A DNA stretch of 62,917 bases, counting the filler. It is 4 parts of 4 records of this genome, joined end to end, with 100 filler letters (N's around TTAATTAATTAA, not from the genome) between each part and the next. Parts side by side here need not be neighbours in the genome. Positions count along the whole stretch, not along the records: positions 18,571 to 41,225 come from SRR20825006_1737; positions 41,326 to 48,549 come from SRR20825006_1743; positions 48,650 to 62,917 come from SRR20825006_1750; 1 more part is not named here. One strand, written 5' to 3'. Below the pieces are notes generated by a model. The model was not told the DNA's origin and did not search any database. It worked only from the letters and a program-made list of their open reading frames with translations. Both the position numbers and the translations under genes were made by a program. Below are positions 39,417 to 49,662 of the stretch, in pieces (the stretch's first letter is position 1; each line of letters opens with the position of its first letter).

Positions 39417-40693
39417 TGATTGCCTTGGTAGATTGCAATAGTTTTTACGCTTGCTGCGAGCAAGTTTTTCGCCCCGATCTTTTGGGCAAACCCGTGGTGG
39501 TACTTAGTAATAATGATGGTTGTATAATTGCAGCCAATAAAGAAGCTAAAGCCATTGCAGATATCCCCATGTTTGAGCCTGTTTTTAAAATTAAAGAACA
39601 GTTAATAGCACATAAAGTGAATTTTTTCTCTTCCAATTATACACTTTATGGCGAAATGTCGCAGCGAGTAATGAATATTTTAGGAGCATTTTCTCCAAAT
39701 GTAGAAGTGTACAGTATCGACGAAGCTTTTGCAGATTTATCTGGAATTAAAAATGTTACTTTAGAAGAATACGGGCATCAAATAAAAGATACTGTTTTTA
39801 AGAACACAGGATTGCCGGTTGGAGTGGGAATTGCCCCGACAAAGGGACTGTCTAAACTTGCCAATAAAATGGCAAAGAAAATAGCGAAAAGCAACCATGT
39901 TTTTGTAATTGATTCTGAAGAAAAAAGGATAGAAGCATTAAAGTGGTGTAAAATTGGTGATGTTTGGGGTATTGGTAACAAGCATGCTAAACGCTTAAAA
40001 AATATAGGCGTTTTTGATGCTTTTCAGTTTACGGAATTACCGTTACAATGGGTTCGAAAAGAAATGACTGTGGTAGGCGAGCGTACATGGCGTGAGCTTA
40101 AAGGCGAATCGTGTACTGAATTTGTAACCCAGCCACCCCCCAAAAAAGGAATAGGAACTGCAAAATCCTTCGGCATAAAATTGCCCGATTTAGAGCGTAT
40201 TGAAGAGGCTTGTGCCTATTACATTAGTGAAGTAAGTGAAGTGTTACGTGCTCAAAAATCCTGTGCTACCCATATTCAGGTTTTTATTGTAACTAATTAT
40301 CATAGCAACGTAGATAAGCAATATTCAAACAGCTTGACAATTACTCTGGACATTCCAACAAATGATACGTTTAAGCTTATTTCCGCTGCACGAAAGGCTT
40401 TAATAGCAATTTATAAACCGGGATATCGCTATAAAAAAGTAGGGGTGAACCTTACAGGAATACTTCCGCAGGATTATGTACAGGGCAATTTGTTTCATCA
40501 ACCCTCAAAACTAAACAATGAAAAGCTAATAAAAACCTTTGATGCCATCAATCAGAAGTTTGGAAAAGCTACAATATCTTCTGGTTTGGTGGGAACACGC
40601 GTTAGTGAGTGGGAACTTATTAAAAAAGAACGAAGCTCACGCTATACTACGCAGTGGGGGGAGCTTCTAAAGATAAATTCTAAAAATAATTGA
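39416..40693 (+). CDS. umuC: Y-family DNA polymerase (UmuC / Pol V)
   Basis: ALVDCNSFYACCE, VLSNNDGC, SSNYTLYG, YSIDEAF, SSRYTTQW. Confidence 0.93.
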   Translation: MIALVDCNSFYACCEQVFRPDLLGKPVVVLSNNDGCIIAANKEAKAIADIPMFEPVFKIKEQLIAHKVNFFSSNYTLYGEMSQRVMNILGAFSPNVEVYSIDEAFADLSGIKNVTLEEYGHQIKDTVFKNTGLPVGVGIAPTKGLSKLANKMAKKIAKSNHVFVIDSEEKRIEALKWCKIGDVWGIGNKHAKRLKNIGVFDAFQFTELPLQWVRKEMTVVGERTWRELKGESCTEFVTQPPPKKGIGTAKSFGIKLPDLERIEEACAYYISEVSEVLRAQKSCATHIQVFIVTNYHSNVDKQYSNSLTITLDIPTNDTFKLISAARKALIAIYKPGYRYKKVGVNLTGILPQDYVQGNLFHQPSKLNNEKLIKTFDAINQKFGKATISSGLVGTRVSEWELIKKERSSRYTTQWGELLKINSKNN

Positions 40694-40781
40694 ACGAGCA
40701 TTGATATTTGAAATTTAGCGCTTGACTATTGCTATTACTACTTTTTAATGAATCTCTGCCATCATGTCATAATCTTTTCGC

Positions 40782-40796
40782 TGGCACAATCATTGT
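40782..40796 (+). promoter_or_regulatory. Sigma54-like promoter upstream of dnaK
   Basis: TGGCAC-AATCA-TTGT; -24 GG intact, -12 GC replaced by GT. Confidence 0.5.
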
Positions 40797-40853
40797 CTTA
40801 TACAGTCCGTAAATAAAAAATTTAGAAATAAATAATAACAATAAACAATAGAT

Positions 40854-41225
40854 ATGAGTAAAATAATTGGAATCGACTTAGGTACAACCAACTCCTGTGT
40901 TGCCGTAATGGAAGGTAGCGAGCCAACGGTTATTCCTAATGCCGAAGGAAAAAGAACAACCCCTTCTGTAATTGCATTTGTGGAAGGCGGCGAAATTAAA
41001 GTAGGAGATCCTGCAAAGCGTCAGGCGGTTACAAACCCTACAAAAACAATCAGCTCCATAAAAAGATTTATGGGGAATAAATATTCCGAATCTAAAAATG
41101 AAGCGGAACACGCAGCATATAAAGTTGTAAAAGGTGATAATGACACTGCTCGTGTAGATATTGACGGACGTTTGTACACACCACAAGAATTAAGCGCGAT
41201 GATTCTTCAAAAAATGAAGAAAACT
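40854..41225 (+). CDS. dnaK: DnaK (truncated by contig end)
   Basis: [32 protein letters not shown]. Confidence 0.97.
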
Positions 41226-41325
41226 NNNNNNNNNNNNNNNNNNNNNNNNNNNNNNNNNNNNNNNNNNNNTTAATTAATTAANNNNNNNNNNNNNNNNNNN
41301 NNNNNNNNNNNNNNNNNNNNNNNNN
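41226..41325. other. Artificial contig linker
   Basis: N run with central TTAATTAATTAA. Confidence 0.97.
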
Positions 41326-41513
41326 CTCTTGCAGCGAAGCGGTCTTGTATTTTTATTCGGACATTAATGGTTTCAAATATTCTGATTATCAGTTATTTAT
41401 GATTTTATTTTTTTAAATTGAAGAAAAATATAAAGGCATAAAAAAGTTATAACAATATTTAACGATTCTTATCTTGTAAGAAATTGACTCTTTTTGTAGT
41501 TTTAGCCCCGTAA

Positions 41514-41930
41514 ATGAAACTACTCTATAAAATATTAATATCTTTCATTGTTGTCCTTATAACTGGCTACAGTTTACTGTTTGCTAATAGTAATAAGGAA
41601 GAATGTGGTATTTCTATTATAAATGGTATTGAAAGCTCTACACATTCTGGAGTTGAACTTATTAAAAATGCACAATCTTTAAGTGCATATTCTTTTTCTA
41701 ATTCAGAAAAAAAGAATCACAGATTAGAAATAATAGAAAGCGAAGTTGAGGAAGAGGTAACTTCTTATAAAAAGCAAGTAGAGTTAAATAATTTTATTAA
41801 TTCTACACTTTTCTCTTTAGCACTTATAGCTTTCTTTCCTTTTCCAAAAAAACATTTATTTCACTGTAAGAAATTACCTAACTCATTATCTTACAGATTG
41901 TATGTCATATTTCGAGTATTCCGAATTTGA
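41514..41930 (+). CDS. Hypothetical upstream ORF with signal-like N-terminus and C-terminal YVIFRVFRI
   Basis: 138 aa; hydrophobic N-terminus, acidic EEE linker, second hydrophobic patch; precedes RND operon. Confidence 0.7.
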   Translation: MKLLYKILISFIVVLITGYSLLFANSNKEECGISIINGIESSTHSGVELIKNAQSLSAYSFSNSEKKNHRLEIIESEVEEEVTSYKKQVELNNFINSTLFSLALIAFFPFPKKHLFHCKKLPNSLSYRLYVIFRVFRI

Positions 41931-42095
41931 TTTTAAAGTATTAGAAGGGCAAGAGTCATTGTCTTTCACTTCCGTTTAGTTAAAATTTAAACACAAAGTT
42001 ATTAGCAACAATTAAGGTTGCTATAAGCATCTGCTGTGTTTTTCAAATTTTTAAATAACCTTAAATAATCCTTACGCTTTAAAAGCAAAATTGTT

Positions 42096-43181
42096 ATGAA
42101 GAATACGCTCATAGTGATGAGCTTGTTTGCCTTGTTAAGTCATACAAGTTGTTCATCAAAAAAAGAAAAAGAAAAGAAGGAAGAAGTTAAATTTGCAGTA
42201 ACTACTCCTAAAGTTAAAGACACAATTATTACCGAAGATTATGTGTGTCAAATACAATCCATTAGACATATAGAATTAAGAGCCCAAGAACGTGGGTATT
42301 TACAAAAAATATATGTAGATGAAGGTCAGCATGTAAAAAAAGGCCAATTATTATTTCAGATAATGCCAAAATTATATGAGGCAGAATTTGAGAAAGCAAA
42401 GGCTGAAGCAAATTTTGCAGAAATAGAATACAATAACACTAAAAATTTAGCTGATAACGATATTGTTTCGCCAAACGAATTAGCAATGGCGAAAGCAAAA
42501 TGGGAGAAGGCTAAAGCTGAGTTGGCGCTATCTAATGTTCACCTTCAGTTTACAGAAATTAGAGCCCCATACGACGGAATTATAGACCGTTTTCTTGTAA
42601 GAGAAGGAAGTTTAGTAGACGAAGGAGAATTACTTTCGAGCCTTTCTGATAATAGTGAAATGTGGGTATACTACAATGTACCAGAAGCAGAATACTTGAA
42701 TTACACTACTAGTTTTAGTAAAGAAAATCCTATAGATGTTAATTTATTGATGGCAAATAATCAACTGTTTAAGCACCAAGGAGAAGTAAGTACTATTGAG
42801 GCTGAATTTAATAATGAAACAGGGAACATTCCATTTAGAGCAACATTTCCAAATCCTGAAGGATTGCTTAGACATGGAGAAACAGGAAGTATTATGATGG
42901 AAGTTCCATTTAAAGACGCTATGATAATTCCTCAAAAAGCAACCTTCGAAATTTTAAGTAAGAAGTTTGTTTTTGTAATTGATAAAGATAATAAAGTGAG
43001 ACAAACAGAGGTAAGTGTAAAAGCCGAGTTACCACACTTGTTTATTATAGATAAAGGTCTTTCCGCAAACGATAAGATATTACTCGAAGGGATCCGAATG
43101 GTTAAAGATGGTGAAAAGATAGCGTATGAGCTTGAAAAACCAGATGCTGTTTTAGCAAACTTAGATATGTACGCAGAGTAA
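42096..43181 (+). CDS. RND efflux periplasmic adaptor (MFP), lipoprotein
   Basis: TSC lipobox; ELRAQERGYL, EIRAPYDG, RATFPNP, IPQKA. Confidence 0.93.
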   Translation: MKNTLIVMSLFALLSHTSCSSKKEKEKKEEVKFAVTTPKVKDTIITEDYVCQIQSIRHIELRAQERGYLQKIYVDEGQHVKKGQLLFQIMPKLYEAEFEKAKAEANFAEIEYNNTKNLADNDIVSPNELAMAKAKWEKAKAELALSNVHLQFTEIRAPYDGIIDRFLVREGSLVDEGELLSSLSDNSEMWVYYNVPEAEYLNYTTSFSKENPIDVNLLMANNQLFKHQGEVSTIEAEFNNETGNIPFRATFPNPEGLLRHGETGSIMMEVPFKDAMIIPQKATFEILSKKFVFVIDKDNKVRQTEVSVKAELPHLFIIDKGLSANDKILLEGIRMVKDGEKIAYELEKPDAVLANLDMYAE

Positions 43182-43206
43182 TTCAAACCCATAAAATTAC
43201 AACAAA

Positions 43207-46200
43207 ATGTTTAGTAAATTTATAAAAAGACCCGTGTTGGCTATTGTCATATCGGTGGTCCTCGTTTTTACGGGATTACTGGCTATGAAGCAATTGCCAA
43301 TATCGCAATTTCCGCAAATTGCACCAACTACTGTTAATATCTTTATTGCATACCCAGGAGCAAGTGCAGATGTATTAGTAAATTCAACCTTAATTCCTTT
43401 AGAAACTTCTATAAATGGGGTACAAGGAATGCGTTATATAGCTTCAGATGCAACCAGTGCAGGAGAAGGAACTTTACGTATTATTTTCGAACCAGGTACA
43501 GACCCTAATCAGGCTGTAGTAAGAGTAAAAACTAGGGTTGACCAAGTAATGCCCTTACTTCCAGAACTAGTACAAAGAGAAGGGGTGGTAATTACCCCTG
43601 TACAGCCGAGTATGCTTATGTATGTTAACTTGTTTAGTAAGAATGAGAATAACGATGAGAAATTTCTATACAACTATGCATACACTAAAATAGTTCCAGA
43701 AATACAGCGTATAAAAGGAATTGCAAGTGCTAAAATTTTGGGAAGTCGTAAATATGCAATGAGAGTTTGGTTAAAGCCAGACCGTATGAGAGCTTATAAA
43801 GTTTCTGCTGAAGAAGTTTTAGAGGCTATGGACGAACAAAGTATTATAGCTAGGCCAGGAAGATTAGGTAGAAGTTCGGGTAAAAAGGCACAAGCTTTAG
43901 AATATGTGCTTACCTATCAAGGAAGGTACAATGAACCTGAAGATTATAAAAACATTATCATTAAAGCCAATGAAGATGGGGAGGTTTTAAAATTAAAAGA
44001 TATAGCCGATGTTGAATTAGGAAGTGAATTTTTTGATATTTACTCCAATTTAGATGGAGATCCAGCGGCGTCTATAGTTTTAAAGCAAACCTTTGGAAGT
44101 AATGGTAGTGATGTAATAAAATCTGTAAAAGATAAACTTAAAGAGTTGGAAGCAGATTTACCTCCAGGGGTAGATTATCAAATTGGATATGACGTATCAA
44201 ATTTCTTAGATGCTTCTATTGAACAAGTAGTACATACCTTACGAGATGCTTTTATTCTGGTAGGAATTGTTGTGTTCTTGTTTTTAGGAGATTGGCGCTC
44301 CACGCTGATTCCGATTATTGCAGTACCTGTATCTTTAATAGGAACCTTCTTTGTTATGCAAATGTTTGGACTCTCTATTAATTTAATTACCCTCTTTGCA
44401 TTGGTATTGGCTATTGGTATTGTGGTAGATAATGCTATTGTGGTGGTAGAGGGAGTCCATGTTAAAATTCATGAAGAGAACCTCACGCCATACAAAGCCT
44501 CATATGCCGTATTAGAAGAAATGGGAGGAGCTATTGTTGCTATTACCCTTGTAATGGTTTCCGTATTTATTCCAATTTCCTTTATGTCTGGACCAGTGGG
44601 AGTTTTCTACCGTCAATTCTCTATAACAATGGCGGCTGCCATTATTTTATCGGCGGTTGTAGCATTGACGTTAACCCCAGTTTTATGTGCTATTTTATTA
44701 AAAAACAATCATGGTAAAAAGCGTAGATCTCCTGTAGATAAATTTATAGATTGGTTTAACTCTAAGTTTGATAAGCTTACAGGAAGGTATGTAAAACTAC
44801 TTACATTAATAGTTAATCGTAGAGTAATAACTTTCGGACTTTTAACAGCTTTCTGTGTAGGGATATTCTTTACTAATCAGGTGTTGCCAGCAGGATTTAT
44901 TCCGAATGAAGACCAAGGAATGATTTACGCCATTATTCAAACTCCTCCAGGAGCAACATTAGAGCGTACAAATGAAGTTGCAAAAAAGCTGCAAAAGATT
45001 TGTGAAGAAACCGAAGGAGTAAAATCTGTGTCCTCATTGGCAGGTTATGAAATTATGACCGAAGGTAGAGGGTCAAACGCTGGGACTTGCCTTATTAACT
45101 TAAAACCATGGGATGAGCGCCAACACAGTGTTCATGAAATAATGGAAGAGTTAGAAGAAGAAACCAAAGACCTTGGAGCTGTTATTGAGTACTTCGAGCC
45201 ACCTGCGGTACCTGGTTTTGGATCTTCAGGAGGTTTTGCAATGCGTTTACTCGATAAAACAAGTTCAACAGACTTTCATGAGTTCGAAAGCGTAAATAAC
45301 GATTTTATGGATGCATTGAGAAAGCGACCAGAAATTACAGGTTTATTTACCTTCTTTGCTGCCAATTATCCACAATATGAGTTAGTAATTAATAATAAAG
45401 CTGCTATGCAAAAAGGAGTTTCTATTGGAAAAGCAATGGAAAACCTTAATATATTAATTGGGAGTACGTATGAACAAGGATTTATTAAATACGGAAGATT
45501 TTTTAAAGTATATACACAGGCAGCTCCAGAATATAGAGGAATGCCATCCGATTTAGAAAAGCTGTATGTTAAAAATGAAGAAGGAGAGATGGTTCCTTAT
45601 TCTGCTTTCATGAAAATGGAAAAGAAATTAGGACCTAATGAAATTACCAGATACAACTTATATAATTCTGCCGCAATTAGAGGACTTCCAGCTAAAGGTT
45701 ATACCAGTGGAGATGCTATTAAAGCTATCCGTGAAGTAGCCGAGCAAACGCTGCCAAGAGGATATGATATAGGTTGGGAAGGTCTTTCTTATGATGAAGC
45801 TTCTAGAGGAAATGAATCTTTATACATTTTCGGAGTCGTATTAATATTTGTGTATTTAGTACTTGCTGCTCAATATGAAAGTTTCTTATTGCCATTGGCA
45901 GTTATTCTTTCTTTACCTGTAGGGGTTTTTGGATCTTTCTTATTATTAAAATTAACAGGGTTAGCAAACGATGTGTATGCACAGATTGGAGTTATTATGC
46001 TGGTTGGATTACTGGGTAAAAATGCCGTATTGATTGTAGAATTTGCAGTTCAAAAAAGGCGACAAGGATCTAGTATTATTGATGCTGCTATTGAAGGAGC
46101 AAAAGTTAGGTTTAGACCAATTTTAATGACCTCCTTTGCCTTTGTTGCTGGATTAATTCCTTTAGTAATTGCAACTGGAGCAGGGGCAATAGGAAACAGA

Positions 46201-46449
46201 ACTATTGGGAGCTCTGCCATGGGAGGAATGCTTATAGGAACTATTCTAGGGGTATTAGTTATTCCAGGGTTGTACTTTGTTTTTGCTAAAATGTCCGACG
46301 GACGTGAGCTTATAAAGGATGAAAATACGGAGCCTGTTTCAGAAGAGTTTATGCGTACCGGAGAAGGGGAGAGAAAAACAGAAATGAAGCTTCGCAGAAT
46401 TGATAAACTCATGAAAAAATTAATGAAAAAATCTGACGATGAACAATAA
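43207..46449 (+). CDS. RND efflux permease (HAE1/AcrB-like)
   Basis: FIKRPVLAIV, IGIVVDNAIVVVE, GKNAVLIVEFA, RFRPILMTS. Confidence 0.95.
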   Translation: MFSKFIKRPVLAIVISVVLVFTGLLAMKQLPISQFPQIAPTTVNIFIAYPGASADVLVNSTLIPLETSINGVQGMRYIASDATSAGEGTLRIIFEPGTDPNQAVVRVKTRVDQVMPLLPELVQREGVVITPVQPSMLMYVNLFSKNENNDEKFLYNYAYTKIVPEIQRIKGIASAKILGSRKYAMRVWLKPDRMRAYKVSAEEVLEAMDEQSIIARPGRLGRSSGKKAQALEYVLTYQGRYNEPEDYKNIIIKANEDGEVLKLKDIADVELGSEFFDIYSNLDGDPAASIVLKQTFGSNGSDVIKSVKDKLKELEADLPPGVDYQIGYDVSNFLDASIEQVVHTLRDAFILVGIVVFLFLGDWRSTLIPIIAVPVSLIGTFFVMQMFGLSINLITLFALVLAIGIVVDNAIVVVEGVHVKIHEENLTPYKASYAVLEEMGGAIVAITLVMVSVFIPISFMSGPVGVFYRQFSITMAAAIILSAVVALTLTPVLCAILLKNNHGKKRRSPVDKFIDWFNSKFDKLTGRYVKLLTLIVNRRVITFGLLTAFCVGIFFTNQVLPAGFIPNEDQGMIYAIIQTPPGATLERTNEVAKKLQKICEETEGVKSVSSLAGYEIMTEGRGSNAGTCLINLKPWDERQHSVHEIMEELEEETKDLGAVIEYFEPPAVPGFGSSGGFAMRLLDKTSSTDFHEFESVNNDFMDALRKRPEITGLFTFFAANYPQYELVINNKAAMQKGVSIGKAMENLNILIGSTYEQGFIKYGRFFKVYTQAAPEYRGMPSDLEKLYVKNEEGEMVPYSAFMKMEKKLGPNEITRYNLYNSAAIRGLPAKGYTSGDAIKAIREVAEQTLPRGYDIGWEGLSYDEASRGNESLYIFGVVLIFVYLVLAAQYESFLLPLAVILSLPVGVFGSFLLLKLTGLANDVYAQIGVIMLVGLLGKNAVLIVEFAVQKRRQGSSIIDAAIEGAKVRFRPILMTSFAFVAGLIPLVIATGAGAIGNRTIGSSAMGGMLIGTILGVLVIPGLYFVFAKMSDGRELIKDENTEPVSEEFMRTGEGERKTEMKLRRIDKLMKKLMKKSDDEQ

Positions 46450-47890
46450 AAAGGGAATTATGTTACACTCTAAAAAAACGTATCTGGTTGGGATTATTGC
46501 TATAACAACCCTTTATTCTTGTGTTCCAACTATTAAAAGTATGGAAGCAGATAAGTCGGTTCCAGAGCAATTTAAGAATCAAACTACAGACAGTTTGAAT
46601 ACCGCCCAAATTAAATGGAAGGAGTACTTTACCGACCCATATTTGGATAGCTTGATTGGAATTGCTTTGGAAAACAATCAGGAATTAAATATTACGTTAC
46701 AAGAAATCCAAATTGCTAAGAGTGAAGTGAGAGCCAAAAAAGGAGAGTATATGCCTTCAATTGGACTTGGAGCTGGAGCAGGGCTTGAAAAACGTGCGCG
46801 TTATACAAGTTTAGGAGCTAATGATGCCACTACAGATATTAAACCAGGAGAAGAAATGCCAGATCCGCTTCCAGATTTTATGCTGGGAGCGCATGCCTCT
46901 TGGGAAGTAGATATTTGGGGTAAACTACACGATGCTAAGAAAGCAGCAGTGAGCAGGTATTTATCTTCTGTGGAAGGGAAAAATTTTGTGATTACTAATT
47001 TAATTGCTGAAATAGCTAACTCTTATTACGAATTATTAGCTCTTGATAATCAGCTTGAAATTGTAAAACAGAATGTTGAGATTCAATCTAATGCTTTAAG
47101 GATTGTAAAACTTCAAAAAGAAGCTGCTAAAGTTACAGAGTTAGCAGTTCGTAAATTTGAAGCAGAAGTGCTTCATACAAAGAGTTTACAATTTGATATT
47201 CAGCAGAAAATAACAGAAACGGAGAATAGAATTAATTTCTTAACAGGAAGATATCCTCAGCATATAGAGAGAGATTCAAAATCGTTTACAGAATTATCTC
47301 CTAGTATGATTCATACTGGAGTTCCCGCACAATTGCTAGAAAATCGTCCAGATATTAGACAAGCAGAATTGGAATTAGCAGCTTCTAAATTGGATGTTAA
47401 AGTTGCCAAAAAAAGATTTTATCCTAGTCTAGATATTACAGCAGGGATTGGATATCAGGCTTTTGATACCAAATATCTTTTTACTTCTCCAGAATCTCTA
47501 TTGTATAATGTTGCAGGAGAGTTAACAGCGCCTTTAATTAATAGAAGTGCTATAAAAGCAACATATTACAGCGCAAACGCACAGCAAATACAAGCTGTTT
47601 ATAATTATGAACAAACGGTTTTAAATGCGTATGTAGAAGTGGCAAATCAGCTAGCAAAAATAGATAATATTAAGCAAAGTTATGACCTTAGATCTCAGGA
47701 GGTAGCTGCGCTTACCAGATCAATAGATATTTCTAATATTCTGTTTAAATCTGCCAGAGCAGATTATATGGAAGTGTTGTTAACGCAACGCGATGCATTA
47801 GAGTCTAAGTTTGATCTTGTTGAAACAAAAATGGAACAAATGAGTGCGATGGTAGAAATGTATCGCGCACTTGGTGGCGGATGGAATTAG
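46439..47890 (+). CDS. TolC/OprM-family outer membrane efflux lipoprotein
   Basis: LYSC lipobox; WEVDIWGKL, LLENRPDIRQAE, YRALGGGW. Confidence 0.93.
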   Translation: MNNKKGIMLHSKKTYLVGIIAITTLYSCVPTIKSMEADKSVPEQFKNQTTDSLNTAQIKWKEYFTDPYLDSLIGIALENNQELNITLQEIQIAKSEVRAKKGEYMPSIGLGAGAGLEKRARYTSLGANDATTDIKPGEEMPDPLPDFMLGAHASWEVDIWGKLHDAKKAAVSRYLSSVEGKNFVITNLIAEIANSYYELLALDNQLEIVKQNVEIQSNALRIVKLQKEAAKVTELAVRKFEAEVLHTKSLQFDIQQKITETENRINFLTGRYPQHIERDSKSFTELSPSMIHTGVPAQLLENRPDIRQAELELAASKLDVKVAKKRFYPSLDITAGIGYQAFDTKYLFTSPESLLYNVAGELTAPLINRSAIKATYYSANAQQIQAVYNYEQTVLNAYVEVANQLAKIDNIKQSYDLRSQEVAALTRSIDISNILFKSARADYMEVLLTQRDALESKFDLVETKMEQMSAMVEMYRALGGGWN

Positions 47891-48058
47891 CATTCGTAAT
47901 GATTAATTAATCCTGAATTTAGTGTTAGTAAGGTTCCCTCATTCTTACTTTAAAAATAGGATTAGTTTTTTTTGATTAGTGTTTGGTTGATGTCCATTTT
48001 GGATGCAACCAAAAGAACAGAATAGTGGTTAGAGATTAGTAAAACTATCTGTTTAAAG

Positions 48059-48092
48059 AAGCCTTCAGCATTTTTTTTGCTGAAGGCTTTTT
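48059..48092 (+). terminator. Intrinsic terminator of the RND operon
   Basis: AAGCCTTCAGCA-T loop-TGCTGAAGGCTT followed by TTT. Confidence 0.8.
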
Positions 48093-48201
48093 GTATGTTA
48101 AAAAGATGAAAAAGAGTGCTAAAATTTTGATAAACCAACTGAATATTATTGTGTTACGGTTTTATGATGTGTAAATTTAAGTAACCAAAAAGTTAGAAAT
48201 T

Positions 48202-48525
48202 ATGAAAAAAGAAGCGTTAATTTCCATATTATATAAATGTGTTGCCAAATGTTACCATTGTGCAGATGCTTGTTTGGAAGAACCAATGGATATGAGTAAC
48301 TGTATTCGATTAAATAATGTATGTGCTACTACATGTAATGCTTTAGCAGAAGTATTATCAACCAATTTCAAGGAAACCTCAGGGTTGATTAATTTCTGCT
48401 TCTTTGTTTGTCAGCAATGTGAAAAGGAGTGCGAGCAACACACTAATAATCATTGTCAAGTTTGTGCACAGGCTTGTAAGGAATGTGCTAATGCTTGTCA
48501 GGAATATCTACAAGAACACGATTAA
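48202..48525 (+). CDS. Cys-rich four-helix bundle copper-binding protein (DUF326/Csp3-like)
   Basis: Repeated CxxxC/CxxC motifs (CVAKCYHCADAC, CQQCEKEC, HCQVCAQACKECANAC); no signal peptide. Confidence 0.85.
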   Translation: MKKEALISILYKCVAKCYHCADACLEEPMDMSNCIRLNNVCATTCNALAEVLSTNFKETSGLINFCFFVCQQCEKECEQHTNNHCQVCAQACKECANACQEYLQEHD

Positions 48526-48549
48526 ATCCCTCATTGAGGGTTTTATTCC

Positions 48550-48649
48550 NNNNNNNNNNNNNNNNNNNNNNNNNNNNNNNNNNNNNNNNNNNNTTAATTA
48601 ATTAANNNNNNNNNNNNNNNNNNNNNNNNNNNNNNNNNNNNNNNNNNNN
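48550..48649. other. Artificial contig linker
   Basis: N run with central TTAATTAATTAA. Confidence 0.97.
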
Positions 48650-48687
48650 CTCGACTCCGCTCGATGTGACAGCTCGACCTCGTAATT

Positions 48688-49662
48688 TTAAAATACGCCT
48701 GCTTTCAACAACAGACCTTCGGTTTCGGGGAAACCGAACATTAGGTTCATATTTTGTACTGCTTGTCCCGATGCCCCTTTCAATAAATTATCAATGGCCG
48801 ATGTAATCAAAAGAATATCATTGTGCTTGTGCAAATGGATGTGGCACTGGTTGGTGTTCACTACTTGTTTTAGATGCAGTTCTTCATCCGACATGTGGGT
48901 GAATACAGCGTTTTTGTAAAAATCGTTGTACAGCTTCTTTGCATCCTCCAAGTTGCCGTTGTATTTGGTGTACGCCGTGGCCAAAATTCCACGGGTGAAG
49001 TTGCCTCGATTCGGTAAAAACATCAATTTGCCCACGGAATTTCCGAAGGAATTCAAGCTTTCACCGATTTCGCCCAAATGCTGGTGCGTAAAAGGTTTGT
49101 ACCATGAAACGTTGTTGTTCCTCCAGCTAAAATGTGAGGTGTCGGACAGTCCAACGCCAGCCCCAGTGCTGCCTGTAACGGCATTGATATGGACGTCATC
49201 ACTCAATAAACCTGCCTTTGCCAAAGGCAACAACGCCAATTGAATGGCAGTAGCAAAACAGCCAGGGTTGGCAATGGCCTCCGCGGATTGTATGGCAGAC
49301 TTGTTCAATTCGGGAAGGCCATAAATAAATCGTTGCCCCTTAAAATTGGAATCCGCTTGTAACCTGAAATCATTGCTGAGGTCAATGATTTTTGTTGATG
49401 CAGAAAACTGGTTCTCGTTCAAAAACGATGTTGAATTGCCGTGTCCCAAACAAAGAAAGACCACATCGACCTTTGGATTTATCTCCCCTGAAAATTTCAA
49501 TTCTGTTTGTCCCAGCAAATCCTGGTGGGCGGAGGTAATCGGCTTACCAGCTCTCGTGGTGCTGAAAACAAAGTCAATTTCGGTTTGGGGATGATTGAGC
49601 AAGAGTCTGATCAGTTCCCCACCTGTGTAACCCGAACCTCCTATGATTCCTGTTTTGATCAT
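48688..49662 (-). CDS. argC: N-acetyl-gamma-glutamyl-phosphate reductase
   Basis: GGSGYTGGEL, IDLSNDFR, ANPGCFAT, IDNLLKGASGQAVQNMN. Confidence 0.96.
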   Translation of the reverse strand: MIKTGIIGGSGYTGGELIRLLLNHPQTEIDFVFSTTRAGKPITSAHQDLLGQTELKFSGEINPKVDVVFLCLGHGNSTSFLNENQFSASTKIIDLSNDFRLQADSNFKGQRFIYGLPELNKSAIQSAEAIANPGCFATAIQLALLPLAKAGLLSDDVHINAVTGSTGAGVGLSDTSHFSWRNNNVSWYKPFTHQHLGEIGESLNSFGNSVGKLMFLPNRGNFTRGILATAYTKYNGNLEDAKKLYNDFYKNAVFTHMSDEELHLKQVVNTNQCHIHLHKHNDILLITSAIDNLLKGASGQAVQNMNLMFGFPETEGLLLKAGVF

